Below are positions 63,101 to 64,000 of a stretch of DNA of 64,000 nucleotides, in pieces; position 1 is the first letter of the stretch; each line of letters opens with the position of its first letter. The DNA is taken from positions 310,001 to 374,000 of the forward strand of contig CM052842.1 of assembly GCA_028534125.1 (NCBI GenBank), read 5' to 3'. Under the pieces are notes generated by a model. The model had not been told where the DNA came from and ran no database searches. It saw nothing but the letters and a program-made list of their open reading frames with translations. Position numbers and translations under genes: made by a program. This stretch comes from Lama glama. Taxonomy: Eukaryota.

Positions 63101-64000
63101 TTTTTCCCGCAAATTATGTGAACCCCTGCTGTGTGCTGGGTAGTAGCCATACCATGGTGAACAAAAGCTGCAAAAATTTGGGGCAGGAGGACAGCCTACA
63201 CGTGTAAACACACCTGGAGACATACTGCAGACTCAGCGAGTGCAGCTGAGGAAATAGAAGAGAGAATGAATGTTTTCCAGTATGTTTCCAGTTGACTGAT
63301 CAGAGGAACCTCCTTCAGGCAGGATAGGAGTTTGTCAGAAGTAAAAGGAACAAGGCTAGGCCCTACGGTGGGGTCAGACTGTTGGTAGGAGTTTAGGAGT
63401 GTGATGAACCCGCCTGTAGAGGACATATAGGGGTGCTTGGGTTGCTGGAGGTGTGAGGTTTGGTCCAGGGGGGCTTCTTGCAAGAAGCAGCTTCTCATCT
63501 GTTCTTGAATGGCTGGTTCTTGAATGAGAGCCAGACATGAGAAATGGGGAGGGGAGGATGTTCAGGCCAGAAGAGTTGAGAGTGGGGAGGGCATGTGAAA
63601 TTGGACCTGGGTGCAGAGTGGAAGTGGGGTGGGAGGAAGAAAGACCATGGTCGGGATTGTTGTCCGCAGGGTCCCCACCCTGAAGGATTTGAGTAGGGGC
63701 TGATGCCGCAGGCAGGCAGTCAGAGGGCAGCCAGGAGGAGGCCGGCCTTCCTGGCACCGACCTTAGGACACGTGTTTTTGGGCCAGATGCGAGTACGACC
63801 GTACCAGCACACGTGGTAGAGCAAGCAGAGTACAAAGGATGTGAACCCTGGTGAGAGCTTTGTGACTGAATACGTGCCATTAAAAGTCTGTTCAAGCTTT
63901 TGTGATGCAGCAGTTTTGAGATCAGCTTTTGTAAAATTTTCAGTCAAAACTGAAAAAGAAACTTTGCAAATAAATACATATAGTTGCACATTGAATGAGA

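Overview
Gene-dense, GC-rich mammalian (non-primate, non-rodent) DNA, syntenic to human 8q24.3 in reverse orientation. In order: promoter and first non-coding exon of PPP1R16A (-, named from synteny only); FOXH1 (+, 3 coding exons, 360 aa); KIFC2 (-, 18 exons, 783 aa); TMEM276 (+, 192 aa); ZFTRAF1/CYHR1 (+, 404 aa); TONSL (+, 26 exons, 1372 aa); VPS28 (+, 221 aa); SLC39A4/ZIP4 (+, 654 aa); and the 5' end of CPSF1 (+). I traced the exon chains by hand and all keep frame. Repeats are ancient L2, MIR, MER58, L1M and MLT1 fragments plus two ERV1-type solo LTRs, and I saw no lineage-specific SINE. Most ORFs in the supplied track are GC-rich shadows. I see no new gene family. The most system-like feature is the TMEM276-ZFTRAF1 locus, which appears to be combinatorial: an in-frame exonic donor could swap a membrane N-terminus for half of the RING finger, and intron 3 holds both a stop-containing cassette exon and an intronic poly(A) site. 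There is also a TISU-like uORF and a coding GGGGCC repeat. Other points of interest: a GC-AG intron and a mirtron-like hairpin in TONSL, a Z-DNA tract, helically phased promoter duplications, and a sense-oriented LTR with no poly(A) signal just upstream of SLC39A4. Human comparisons and repeat family names are from memory, not from searches.
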